From the NCBI GenBank assembly GCA_028285365.1, contig JANQPS010001117.1, positions 1-48,579 of the forward strand: 48,579 nucleotides of DNA. The letters are read 5' to 3'. This document shows, in pieces, positions 38,406-45,706 of the stretch. Under the pieces are notes generated by a model. That model was not told the DNA's origin. It worked only from the letters and a program-made list of their open reading frames with translations, and did no database searches. The stretch's first letter is position 1. Every line of letters starts with the position of its first letter. The translations under genes were made by a program, and so were the position numbers. Source of the stretch: Thermoanaerobaculia bacterium. Its GTDB lineage: Bacteria > Acidobacteriota > Thermoanaerobaculia > Multivoradales > Multivoraceae.

Positions 38406-38432
38406 TTCGTTGGTTGTTGTTCATCGGTTTCC
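38406..38432 (-). promoter_or_regulatory. ECF-type promoter-like motif GGAAAC-N17-CGAA upstream of the FG-GAP gene
   Basis: Minus strand reads tgtGGAAACcgatgaacaacaaccaaCGAAacgaggtgaactcATG. Caveat: the -10-like element is only 13 nt from the ATG, so it would give a near-leaderless transcript lacking the GAGG. Confidence 0.2.
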
Positions 38433-38492
38433 ACATCAAACAGGCGTTGTAGACAAGCGCTTGGGTACGAGTGCGATTCATGGCTCCTGCGC

Positions 38493-39233
38493 TCACCGTT
38501 GGGCGCTGGCGCTCCCGAGCTCCCATCCTCCGAGTCCACCCGACTCGAAGTCCCCAATCGAGATCTCGCGCTCCGTCCGAGAGTCTTCGTCGAGACGCTC
38601 GAGCGAGCCCGACTCGAAGCCGTCGGCGCTCAGCTGCATGACCATGGGTTCGGGCGCACGGTCGAGCGCGACGGAGAGCAGTGAGACCGCGACGATCAGG
38701 ACGGCTGCGGCCACGAGTGCGAGCCGTCGCCACGACGTCGAAGCGGGATGTGTCGAAGCGGGATGTGTCGAAGCCAGAGGTGCCGAAGCCAGAGGTGCCG
38801 AAGCGGACCTTGCTGACTCGCCTGTCACGAGCTCGATTCCCGCTGCGACCACTTCCGAGTCCCTCGAGTCGAAGCCCGACTCAAAGTCCGTCGAGATCTC
38901 GGCATAGCTCGCCTGAAGCCGGGCTACCTCTTCCCTACATTCGCTGCAGGCTTCCAGATGCTGGCCGACCACATCCCAGGAGCCGCGTCCCGAAGCATCA
39001 CGACTTGCCGAGGACGGCTCTCCTGCCAGCACCCAGTCCATGAGCTCGTCGGCGCTGGGATGAGTCCCATAGAGCGCGGCGGCTTCGAGGACTCTGCGGC
39101 TCTCGAGAGCGCAACTCGGGCACTCCGCTGCATGCGCTCGGAAGGCATCGAGCTCGGCGGCACCCTCAGGAGTGCGTGAGCTGGAGCCGTTGAGCAGCCA
39201 GGGCAGGGTTTCGCGAAGGTTTCGGCAGGTCAT
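38493..39233 (-). CDS. membrane-spanning anti-sigma factor (zf-HC2 type) with duplicated HxxxCxxC motif
   Basis: N-terminus MTCRNLRETLPWLLNG. Two Zn-binding-type motifs, HAAECPSC and HLEACSEC. A single TM helix WRRLALVAAAVLIVAVSLLSVAL. It lies downstream of an ECF sigma gene. ATG 39233 has GAGGA about 10 nt upstream, and an alternative ATG is at 39254. Confidence 0.7.
   Translation of the reverse strand: MTCRNLRETLPWLLNGSSSRTPEGAAELDAFRAHAAECPSCALESRRVLEAAALYGTHPSADELMDWVLAGEPSSASRDASGRGSWDVVGQHLEACSECREEVARLQASYAEISTDFESGFDSRDSEVVAAGIELVTGESARSASAPLASAPLASTHPASTHPASTSWRRLALVAAAVLIVAVSLLSVALDRAPEPMVMQLSADGFESGSLERLDEDSRTEREISIGDFESGGLGGWELGSASAQR
38736..38810. repeat. five in-frame 15-bp tandem units inside the anti-sigma gene
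   Basis: The units are gtcgaagcgggatgt x2, g(t/c)cgaagccagaggt x2 and gccgaagcggacctt. They encode ...SAPLASAPLASTHPASTHPAST immediately N-terminal to the TM helix. Confidence 0.85.
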
Positions 39234-39362
39234 TGTCGTGCGTCCTCGAGACATGAAGGCGTGCGGGCGGCTGCTGCGTTACAACTTTTTTTGCGCTTTT
39301 CTGGCAGTCGGCGCTTTTTGGTGTCTCTGGGAGTGGACGCCCACGCGCTCCCCACCCCTGCG

Positions 39363-39881
39363 TCAGCCACCCAGCCTCCGCTTCTTCGAAAGCGCCCAGC
39401 GACGGCAACGAAGCACACGAACTCGGAGTGCTCCCTCCGTCAGGCCGAGCGCCTGGCTCATCTCCTCGTAGGACTCGCCGAGGTGCAGGCGGCGCCACAG
39501 CTCCCGACATTCGGCCGACGCCATACCCAGGATCTTGAGCGAGAGATCGCGGGCTGCGAAGTCGACGGTGACTGTCGACCCTTCCGACAGGCTCGACTCC
39601 CCGTCCAGACTGAGCCAGTCGACGCGCCGAGCACGACGTCGCGCATCGATACAGCTGCGGTTGGTCAAGCGCCAGACCCACGCGCGAAGGTCGTGAATCC
39701 CCTCGAAGTCTCGTTTCTCGAGCTCCGCCAGCACCTCGACGGTGGCGGCGCGCACCACATCTTCCCACTCGGCCCCGAGATCGGCCCTGAAGGGGGTCGC
39801 CACTTTGGCGATGAAGTCCTCCAGCTCCTTCGCGGCATCGTCCTCGCCGGCCGCCAAGCGGGCCAACAGCGGGTCGCTCAC
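39363..39881 (-). CDS. ECF-family RNA polymerase sigma factor
   Basis: Region 2-like WVWRLTNRSCIDARRRARR and a region 4 HTH (ECRELWRRLHLGESYEEMSQALGLTEGALRVRVLRCR). The preferred start is GTG 39881, giving 172 aa with GAGG ~11 nt upstream. The ORF track allows ATG 40010, which would add an Arg/Pro/Ser-rich extension. Confidence 0.75.
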   Translation of the reverse strand: MSDPLLARLAAGEDDAAKELEDFIAKVATPFRADLGAEWEDVVRAATVEVLAELEKRDFEGIHDLRAWVWRLTNRSCIDARRRARRVDWLSLDGESSLSEGSTVTVDFAARDLSLKILGMASAECRELWRRLHLGESYEEMSQALGLTEGALRVRVLRCRRWALSKKRRLGG

Positions 39882-40149
39882 GGGCTCGGAGCCTCGACGG
39901 AGCGGGCGGCGAGATACCGTTCGGTGGCTTGGTGCGCGAGTCCGGCTACGCGGCAGTGAGCGGATCGCTGGATGCCTGCGGGTCTCATCGGGCGTTTCAT
40001 AGCCTGTCACAGTGCCGTGAGCGACTGGCTGTGGGTCACGAGCACGAGGGAGGCGGCGAAGGGGTCAGGCAAGGGAGTCAAGAGTGCCCTGCTACTATTC
40101 GCCGGCCGCGCAGGTGGCCCGCAGAGGGTGAGAAAGAGGGTGAGAGAAC

Positions 40150-41454
40150 GTGACCTCCCGACTCCACGACCCCAATCGCGGTAAGCCCCAGCGCGCAGGC
40201 AGCCGACGCTGGTTTGTCCTGGTCACGCTGCTCGGCGTGTGGCTGCTCGTCGAGCTCATCGCGTGGGCGGGCTTGCCCCTGCTCACGGGCGGCGCGCGCG
40301 ATCTCGGTGCGCTGGCGCGCACGCGCGAGGAGCGCGCGTTGGAGATCCAAGAGGGACAGTTCAACGACCCCAAGCTCGAGGTCCTCCATCCCTACCTGGG
40401 GTTTGTCCTCGATCCCGCTCTCAACAGCCCGGCACTCACTGCGAACCACGGCGGAGTACCGATCTCGGACTTTGGGCTGATCGACCACGCATCGCCGGTC
40501 CGAGCCGCTTCCGAAGATGAAGTGATCGTGGGGATGTTTGGCGGGTCGTTTGCCTACTTCTTCTCGGTCCACGGCCTCGACGAGGCACTCGAGCAGCTGG
40601 CCAGGCTCCCGGAGTACCGAGGGAAGAAGATGACGGTGGTCCGGTTGGCCCTGGGCGGCTACAAGCAGCCTCAGCAGTTGATCGGTCTCAGCTACCTGCT
40701 GGCTCTGGGAGCCCACTTCGATGTGCTGATCAACCTCGATGGCTTCAACGAGGTGGCGCTTACGGCGGGACAGAATGTCAGCTCCGGCGTCTTCCCGCCG
40801 TTCCCGAGAGGCTGGGCCGGCCGGCTCGACGGCGTCGTCCAGGGTGAAGAGCTGGAGGCGATGGTCGCCATCGCCAGTCTGCGGGCGCAGCGTCGAGAGT
40901 GGGCCGATCGTTTCAGCGGTGTGCTGGGGCTCAGCCCGGTCGGCAACATCGCCTGGCTCGTGCGTGATGGACGTCTCGGGGAGAGCCTTCAGGATGCCCA
41001 GCTCAGGCTCAACGAGATGTCGCAGGCCAGCGACTTTGCGTCGAGTGGCCCCAGTGTCGACTATCCGGATCACGAGGTGATGTTCGACGAGCTCGCTCAG
41101 GTGTGGCACGACTCCTCTCTGACCATGGCTCAAATCAGTGGGGCTCGAGGCATCCGCTACGTCCATGTGCTCCAGCCGAACCAGCATCTGGATGGATCCA
41201 AGCCCATCGGCGAGGCCGAAGCCAAAACCGCTCTCGAGCCGCCTCACTACCACTACATCGTTCAGAAGGGCTATCCGCGACTGCGGGAGAAAGGCAAACA
41301 GCTCGTCGCGGCCGGGGTCGAGTTCCACGACCTGACGATGGTTTTCGAGGACCATAGCGAGCCGCTCTATGTGGATGCCTGTTGTCACGTGTCGCCCCGC
41401 GGTTATGAGATCGTCGGCGAGGCGCTGGGGCGGGCTCTCGTGAGTGCGCGCTGA
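40150..41454 (+). CDS. N-terminally membrane-anchored protein of unknown function, possibly an SGNH/DltD-like glycan O-acyl esterase/transferase
   Basis: One N-terminal TM helix (RRWFVLVTLLGVWLLVELIAWAGLPLL). A Ser-containing block VIVGMFGGSFAYFF. A C-terminal block YVDACCHVSPRGYEIVGEAL resembles SGNH block V (DxxH). Its composition is protein-like, whereas the 464-aa antisense ORF looks like a shadow. The function is speculative. Confidence 0.55.
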   Translation: MTSRLHDPNRGKPQRAGSRRWFVLVTLLGVWLLVELIAWAGLPLLTGGARDLGALARTREERALEIQEGQFNDPKLEVLHPYLGFVLDPALNSPALTANHGGVPISDFGLIDHASPVRAASEDEVIVGMFGGSFAYFFSVHGLDEALEQLARLPEYRGKKMTVVRLALGGYKQPQQLIGLSYLLALGAHFDVLINLDGFNEVALTAGQNVSSGVFPPFPRGWAGRLDGVVQGEELEAMVAIASLRAQRREWADRFSGVLGLSPVGNIAWLVRDGRLGESLQDAQLRLNEMSQASDFASSGPSVDYPDHEVMFDELAQVWHDSSLTMAQISGARGIRYVHVLQPNQHLDGSKPIGEAEAKTALEPPHYHYIVQKGYPRLREKGKQLVAAGVEFHDLTMVFEDHSEPLYVDACCHVSPRGYEIVGEALGRALVSAR

Positions 41455-41543
41455 GGTCCGGGCCCACGACAAATGGGGCGACCGACGGCTGCTGCTTCGG
41501 TCAAGAATTGGGGTGCTCGGGGTAAGGTCGGCCCGCCGAGTCG

Positions 41544-44330
41544 GTGACCCGTGATCGCCGGTCGCTAAACAACCCCCTTCGACAACCCCTTCGAATCGTG
41601 CGTGGCGTCAATCTAGTCGGATACCTGAAGGCCGAGAGCGGCGTCGGCCAGGTCGGGCGGTCTTTGGCTCGTGTCCTCGAAGCCGCTCGGATTCCGTACT
41701 CCGTCCATTTCTTCGATCAGACGCGTAGCCGGCAGCAGCATGCCTTCGACTTTGGGTCCGCTACCAACGAGCGTTTCGACACCAACCTACTCTGCATCAA
41801 CGCCGATCAGACCCGGATCTTCATGGAGGGGCCTGGTGCGGAGCTCACGACTGGCCGCCGCAACATCGGAGTCTGGGCCTGGGAGGTGGATGTCCTACCC
41901 GAGCGCATGAGGTCGGCGGGAGAGCTCGTCGACGAAGCGTGGGGAATCAGTCAGTACACCGCCGACTGCGTCGCGCCCTGGGTCGAGTGTCCGGTCCGGG
42001 CCATGCCTCTACCGATCGAGCTCGCCCCCGTCTCAGAGCAGTCGCGGCTCGAGCTCGGGCTTCCGAGTGGGTTCCTGGTGCTCTCGTGCTTCGATCTCGA
42101 TTCCGTGTTCGAGCGCAAGAACCCGCTGGCCGTTCTGCGCACCTTCCGCCAGGCGTTCCCCGAGCCCGGCGAAGCCCAGCTGGTTCTCAAGACCATCAAC
42201 GGCTCGTTCCATCCGCAGCGTGTCGAGGAGCTCGAAGAAGAGTGCGGTGAGCGACCGGATATTCACTTCACGGACGGCTACCTGCCCTACGAAGAGCAGC
42301 TGGCGATCATGGCGCATTGCGACGTCTACCTGACGCTTCATCGTGCTGAAGGATTTGGCCTGACCCTCGGAGAGGCGATGGCGCTGGGCAAGCCGGTCGT
42401 GGCCACGGGCTTCTCGGCCAACCTCGAGTTCATGACGGGGCTCAACAGTCGACTCGTCGACTACGTGCCGGTGCGAGTTGGCCCTCACGCCGCTCCTTAT
42501 CCTCGGGACGCCATCTGGGCGGAGCCGTGTGTGGCGGATGCGGCTCAGAAGCTGCGCGATCTGTTCGACGATCAGAGTGGTGCTTCGGCTCTCGGCCGTC
42601 GGGCGGCGGTGGAGATTCGAGCCGAGCACTCCGCCAAGGCGCGCGCTCCCCGGCTGACTCGGTTGCTCGAGGCCGCCTGGGGCCGTCGGTCTCCGACAGA
42701 GGGGGCGACGACCGTCGGCGACGGCGGTGCGCTCGAGTCGCTGGGCTACGCCGGAGGGCTCCTCGAGCGTGGTCCGCAGACTGATCTGCCGTCACGCCTC
42801 GGAGCGCTCGCGCGGATGTGGCGGCGCACGACCTTCCGGATGCTGCAGAACTACGATCTGCATCAGCAGGCGATCGTGCGCGCCTTGATCTCGTCGGGAG
42901 CGCAGGCCAGCGAAGAGTCGCGGGCATTGGACGCCAAGGTGCTCGAGGCGGCCCGCGACCTCGACGGATTGACGCTGCGGCTGAGTCAACTGGGCAACGC
43001 TCTCGAGGCGGAGCGCTCGGCTCGTCATGGCATCGCGGGCCGTCTGGAAGATCGTTTGGTGCGGTCGCTGCGCGCTCATGAGGAGCGAGCGGCGGCGGTG
43101 AGGAAGGCCGATGTCGCGGCCGTCGCGACACTGAGAGCCGAGGCGCTTGCAAGGCAGGCAGCCGAAGCTTCGGCCATGCAGCAGGTGCTCGAGAGATTGA
43201 GCGCGATCGAAACGAGACTCGAGCGCCTCGAGAGTCGCTCCGCCGATGTGCTCGGAAAGTTCGTGGTCGTCGATGATGAGCTCGAGCATCAGCGCGCGCG
43301 CACGGGTGACCTGGAACGACGATTGAGCGCTCAGGCAGAGCGCCATCAAGAGGAGCAAGAAGCAGCCCAAGCACGCATCCGCGAGCTCGAGGAGACGCTT
43401 CTGGCGACGACGGTGAGAGCCCAGGATCTCGAGGACCGGCACGGCGGCCTTCAGAAGTCGATCCAGGACCTCGAGGCTGCCGTCGCGGCTCGACTCGCCG
43501 CCATGGCAGCAGCGACGCCCTGGGGTCGCGCGATCGAGGTGGCTGGGCGCCGAATCGAAGAGGTGGGCCAGGCCGTGACCGAGCTTCGAGACGAGATGTT
43601 CAGCGCTCCCTATCTCGCGGCCCCCGAGGAGTTGATCGTCGATCGTGACGGTGTTCCGACTCTGAGCTGGTCGAGTACCGAGGCCGCTGGAGCCGGCGAT
43701 GGCTACCCAGCGTTCGAAGACGTCTTTCGCGGGACGTTCGAGTTCATTCGCGAAAGGCACGAGTCTTATCTTTCGGATCTCGCAGAGCAGGCGCCGATCC
43801 TGGACTTCGGCTGTGGCAGGGGAGAGATGCTCGATCTTCTCCGCGAAGCCGGAATCGAGGCCACCGGAGTCGATCAGGATGCCGACCAGGTCGCACGCTG
43901 CGCCGCGCTGGGACTCGATGTGGTGTGTGGTGATGGCCTGGAGCACCTCGAGGGTCTCCCAGATCAGAGCCTCGGCGCGATCTTCTCTGCGCAGGTCGTC
44001 GAGCACCTCGACGTCGGCGAGATCGATCGACTCCTGCGAACGAGCTTGAAGAAGCTCCGTCCGGATGGACTATTGGTCCTCGAAACGCCGAACCCACACT
44101 CTCCGAGGGCCCTTCGGGCTTTCTGGGTCGACCCCACCCACCGAGCGCCCCTCTTCCCGGAGACCATGCTCGTTCTCGCTCGCGACTGTGGCTTCGGTCA
44201 GATCGAGGTCCGCTTCCCGTTTGGCCAGGGTAACTACGAGACCGATCGCAAGACGCAGGGCGAGTACGCGCTGTTCGCGAGAAAGACCACGAGAAAGACC
44301 ACAGGCATGAGGAAGACCAAAAGGTCGTGA
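41544..44330 (+). CDS. three-module protein: GT4-like glycosyltransferase / ~250-aa coiled coil / class I SAM methyltransferase
   Basis: Residues ~20-380 carry GT-B motifs (VYLTLHRAEGFGLTLGEAMALGKPVVATGFSANLEFM). Residues ~440-690 are heptad-like and Ala/Glu/Arg/Leu-rich (LEAERSARHGIAGRLEDRL...RIRELEETLL...). Residues ~720-900 carry YPAFEDVFRGTFEFIRERHESYL plus SAM motif I ILDFGCGRGEMLDLL. Confidence 0.8.
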   Translation: MTRDRRSLNNPLRQPLRIVRGVNLVGYLKAESGVGQVGRSLARVLEAARIPYSVHFFDQTRSRQQHAFDFGSATNERFDTNLLCINADQTRIFMEGPGAELTTGRRNIGVWAWEVDVLPERMRSAGELVDEAWGISQYTADCVAPWVECPVRAMPLPIELAPVSEQSRLELGLPSGFLVLSCFDLDSVFERKNPLAVLRTFRQAFPEPGEAQLVLKTINGSFHPQRVEELEEECGERPDIHFTDGYLPYEEQLAIMAHCDVYLTLHRAEGFGLTLGEAMALGKPVVATGFSANLEFMTGLNSRLVDYVPVRVGPHAAPYPRDAIWAEPCVADAAQKLRDLFDDQSGASALGRRAAVEIRAEHSAKARAPRLTRLLEAAWGRRSPTEGATTVGDGGALESLGYAGGLLERGPQTDLPSRLGALARMWRRTTFRMLQNYDLHQQAIVRALISSGAQASEESRALDAKVLEAARDLDGLTLRLSQLGNALEAERSARHGIAGRLEDRLVRSLRAHEERAAAVRKADVAAVATLRAEALARQAAEASAMQQVLERLSAIETRLERLESRSADVLGKFVVVDDELEHQRARTGDLERRLSAQAERHQEEQEAAQARIRELEETLLATTVRAQDLEDRHGGLQKSIQDLEAAVAARLAAMAAATPWGRAIEVAGRRIEEVGQAVTELRDEMFSAPYLAAPEELIVDRDGVPTLSWSSTEAAGAGDGYPAFEDVFRGTFEFIRERHESYLSDLAEQAPILDFGCGRGEMLDLLREAGIEATGVDQDADQVARCAALGLDVVCGDGLEHLEGLPDQSLGAIFSAQVVEHLDVGEIDRLLRTSLKKLRPDGLLVLETPNPHSPRALRAFWVDPTHRAPLFPETMLVLARDCGFGQIEVRFPFGQGNYETDRKTQGEYALFARKTTRKTTGMRKTKRS

Positions 44331-44349
44331 CCCTGGGCTCGAGAGTGGC

Positions 44350-45696
44350 TCAGTCCGCCTCGAAAGCTGCGTTGCCGATCCCACGGTCGAGAGCTCGCGC
44401 TTGCGCCTCGGGTTGAGCGGCTTCGGGTCGTTGTTCCCCGCGGCGCAGGGGCTCGTGGTGCCGATCGGCCATCTGACGATAGAGCCCCAGAAGCTGTTCA
44501 GCGATCGCTTCAGGAGCGTGATGGTCCTCGAGGAGAGTGAGTCCGATCTGACGCATTTTGGCGACGGTGTCGGGGTTCTCGACGCGCTTGAGGGCCGCAA
44601 CCCACTGCGCCGCCGAGTTTGAGTCTTCGACGAGCCCAAAGGCACCTTCTGCTGCGAGGCTTAGACCTTGCGCCGCGACGCGGCTTGCGACCACTGCACA
44701 GGACCTGGCCCAGGCTTCGAGAATCTTGATGCGAACCCCCGAGGACACCTGGAGCGGCACCAACAGGACAGCGTCCCGCGCAAAGACGTCGCGACTGTCG
44801 TAGGGGGCCGGGTGGAAGTGGACCGATGATGGGGAGCGTCGGGGTCGGATCGGTGCGCCGAAAATGTGGATCTGTGCTCCCGGCAGGTCGCGAGCGACAT
44901 CCGCCCACAATCGCTCGACGAACTGGCGGACCCCGAGCTCGCTCAGGAGCCATCCACTCCCGCCGAAGACCACCAGGGCGGGATCGCCTTCGAGTCGCTT
45001 GGGGTTGTCTGGCAGCGGTGCAGGAAATGGCGCCGGGACGTAGGTGATCCCTTCCGGGGTCAGGTTGGCGAGCTCAGTTAGCCGCGCTCGGTCTTCGCGG
45101 GAGACCGCAGCGATCATTTGAGCGCGCTCCAGGGTGTTGGCCTCCCACCTCGCCAGTCGTTTCGCTTCCCAGCGCAGAACCCACCTCAAGGGTCCCCCCC
45201 TTTGGCTGGCCAAGTCCCGCCAGAGGTCGGACTCGACGTTTTGTGCACGGAGGAAGACGGGGGGTGTGGCGATCGGCGGGATCGCCTCGAAGGCTTGAGG
45301 CTGCTCGACGTGGATGAGATCGAATGACTGTTGGCTCAGGAGCGAGCGGACTCGCTCTCGGGAAGAATCGTTGCGGTGTCTCCAGGCGCTCATCGGTCGT
45401 TGGGCTGCCAGCGAGAGCAGGAAGCGAGAGGCGATTCGTGGCCACGACGGCCGACGATGAAACACACCAGAGACCAGCTCTGGTCGGCAGACAGGTCTCA
45501 GGGCCTGTTCGACCGTGGCGCGCTCCTCATCGCTCACCGGGGCCACGAGAGTGATCTCGACAGGCAGCTTCGATAGCCCGCGCAGCGTCTCCCACATGAG
45601 TCGGCGACCCCCATCGATGGGTGGCCAGGGAGCCTTCGTCGCAACCCAGAGAATCTTCAGCGTTTTTGCGCCAGCGACCTTTTTACTAGTTAACAT
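44350..45696 (-). CDS. glycosyltransferase family 4 (GT-B)
   Basis: N-terminus KILWVATKAPWPPIDGGR. C-terminal region LLVPLQVSSGVRIKILEAWARSCAVVAS. Start chosen at ATG 45696, because the ORF-track start at 45723 would overlap the divergent aminotransferase start. Confidence 0.8.
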   Translation of the reverse strand: MLTSKKVAGAKTLKILWVATKAPWPPIDGGRRLMWETLRGLSKLPVEITLVAPVSDEERATVEQALRPVCRPELVSGVFHRRPSWPRIASRFLLSLAAQRPMSAWRHRNDSSRERVRSLLSQQSFDLIHVEQPQAFEAIPPIATPPVFLRAQNVESDLWRDLASQRGGPLRWVLRWEAKRLARWEANTLERAQMIAAVSREDRARLTELANLTPEGITYVPAPFPAPLPDNPKRLEGDPALVVFGGSGWLLSELGVRQFVERLWADVARDLPGAQIHIFGAPIRPRRSPSSVHFHPAPYDSRDVFARDAVLLVPLQVSSGVRIKILEAWARSCAVVASRVAAQGLSLAAEGAFGLVEDSNSAAQWVAALKRVENPDTVAKMRQIGLTLLEDHHAPEAIAEQLLGLYRQMADRHHEPLRRGEQRPEAAQPEAQARALDRGIGNAAFEAD

Positions 45697-45706
45697 TCGG
45701 CGGTCA

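Noticed and set aside
38393-38557. 55-codon N-terminal extension of the FG-GAP protein ORF
   Set aside because: The internal ATG at 38392 is preceded by GAGG and starts a textbook signal peptide. The extension would bury it.
38736-38810. Tandem repeats here and at 4201-4266 and 19638-19681, considered as possible CRISPR arrays
   Set aside because: The units are 11-15 nt and directly abutting, with no spacers. There are no cas genes in the window. One array is in-frame coding sequence.
39882-40010. 43-codon Arg/Pro/Ser-rich extension of the ECF sigma ORF
   Set aside because: The composition is unlike sigma region 1/2. The GTG at 39881 has a GAGG upstream and gives a typical ECF length. This is not excluded experimentally.
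40078-41472. 464-aa minus-strand ORF opposite the 40150..41454 gene
   Set aside because: Its composition is typical of an antisense frame in GC-rich DNA: many Arg/His/Glu/Asp/Val, and no TM helix or motif. The plus-strand product has a TM anchor and balanced composition. This needs expression data for certainty.
42792-44006. 404-aa minus-strand ORF inside the GT/coiled-coil/methyltransferase gene
   Set aside because: It is antisense to a gene with clear GT4 and SAM-methyltransferase motifs, so this is a shadow ORF. The same reasoning applies to 42442..43374, 36343..37476, 14061..15086, 15162..16175, 5559..6524, 9666..10685, 22550..23440, 22708..23451 and 27534..28424.
45515-45706. Upstream 64 codons of the aminotransferase ORF, and likewise 47793..47912 upstream of ybaB
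   Set aside because: The first is antisense to the GT4 coding region and does not match the DegT family N-terminus. The ybaB extension lacks an RBS, whereas ATG 47792 has GAGGAG.
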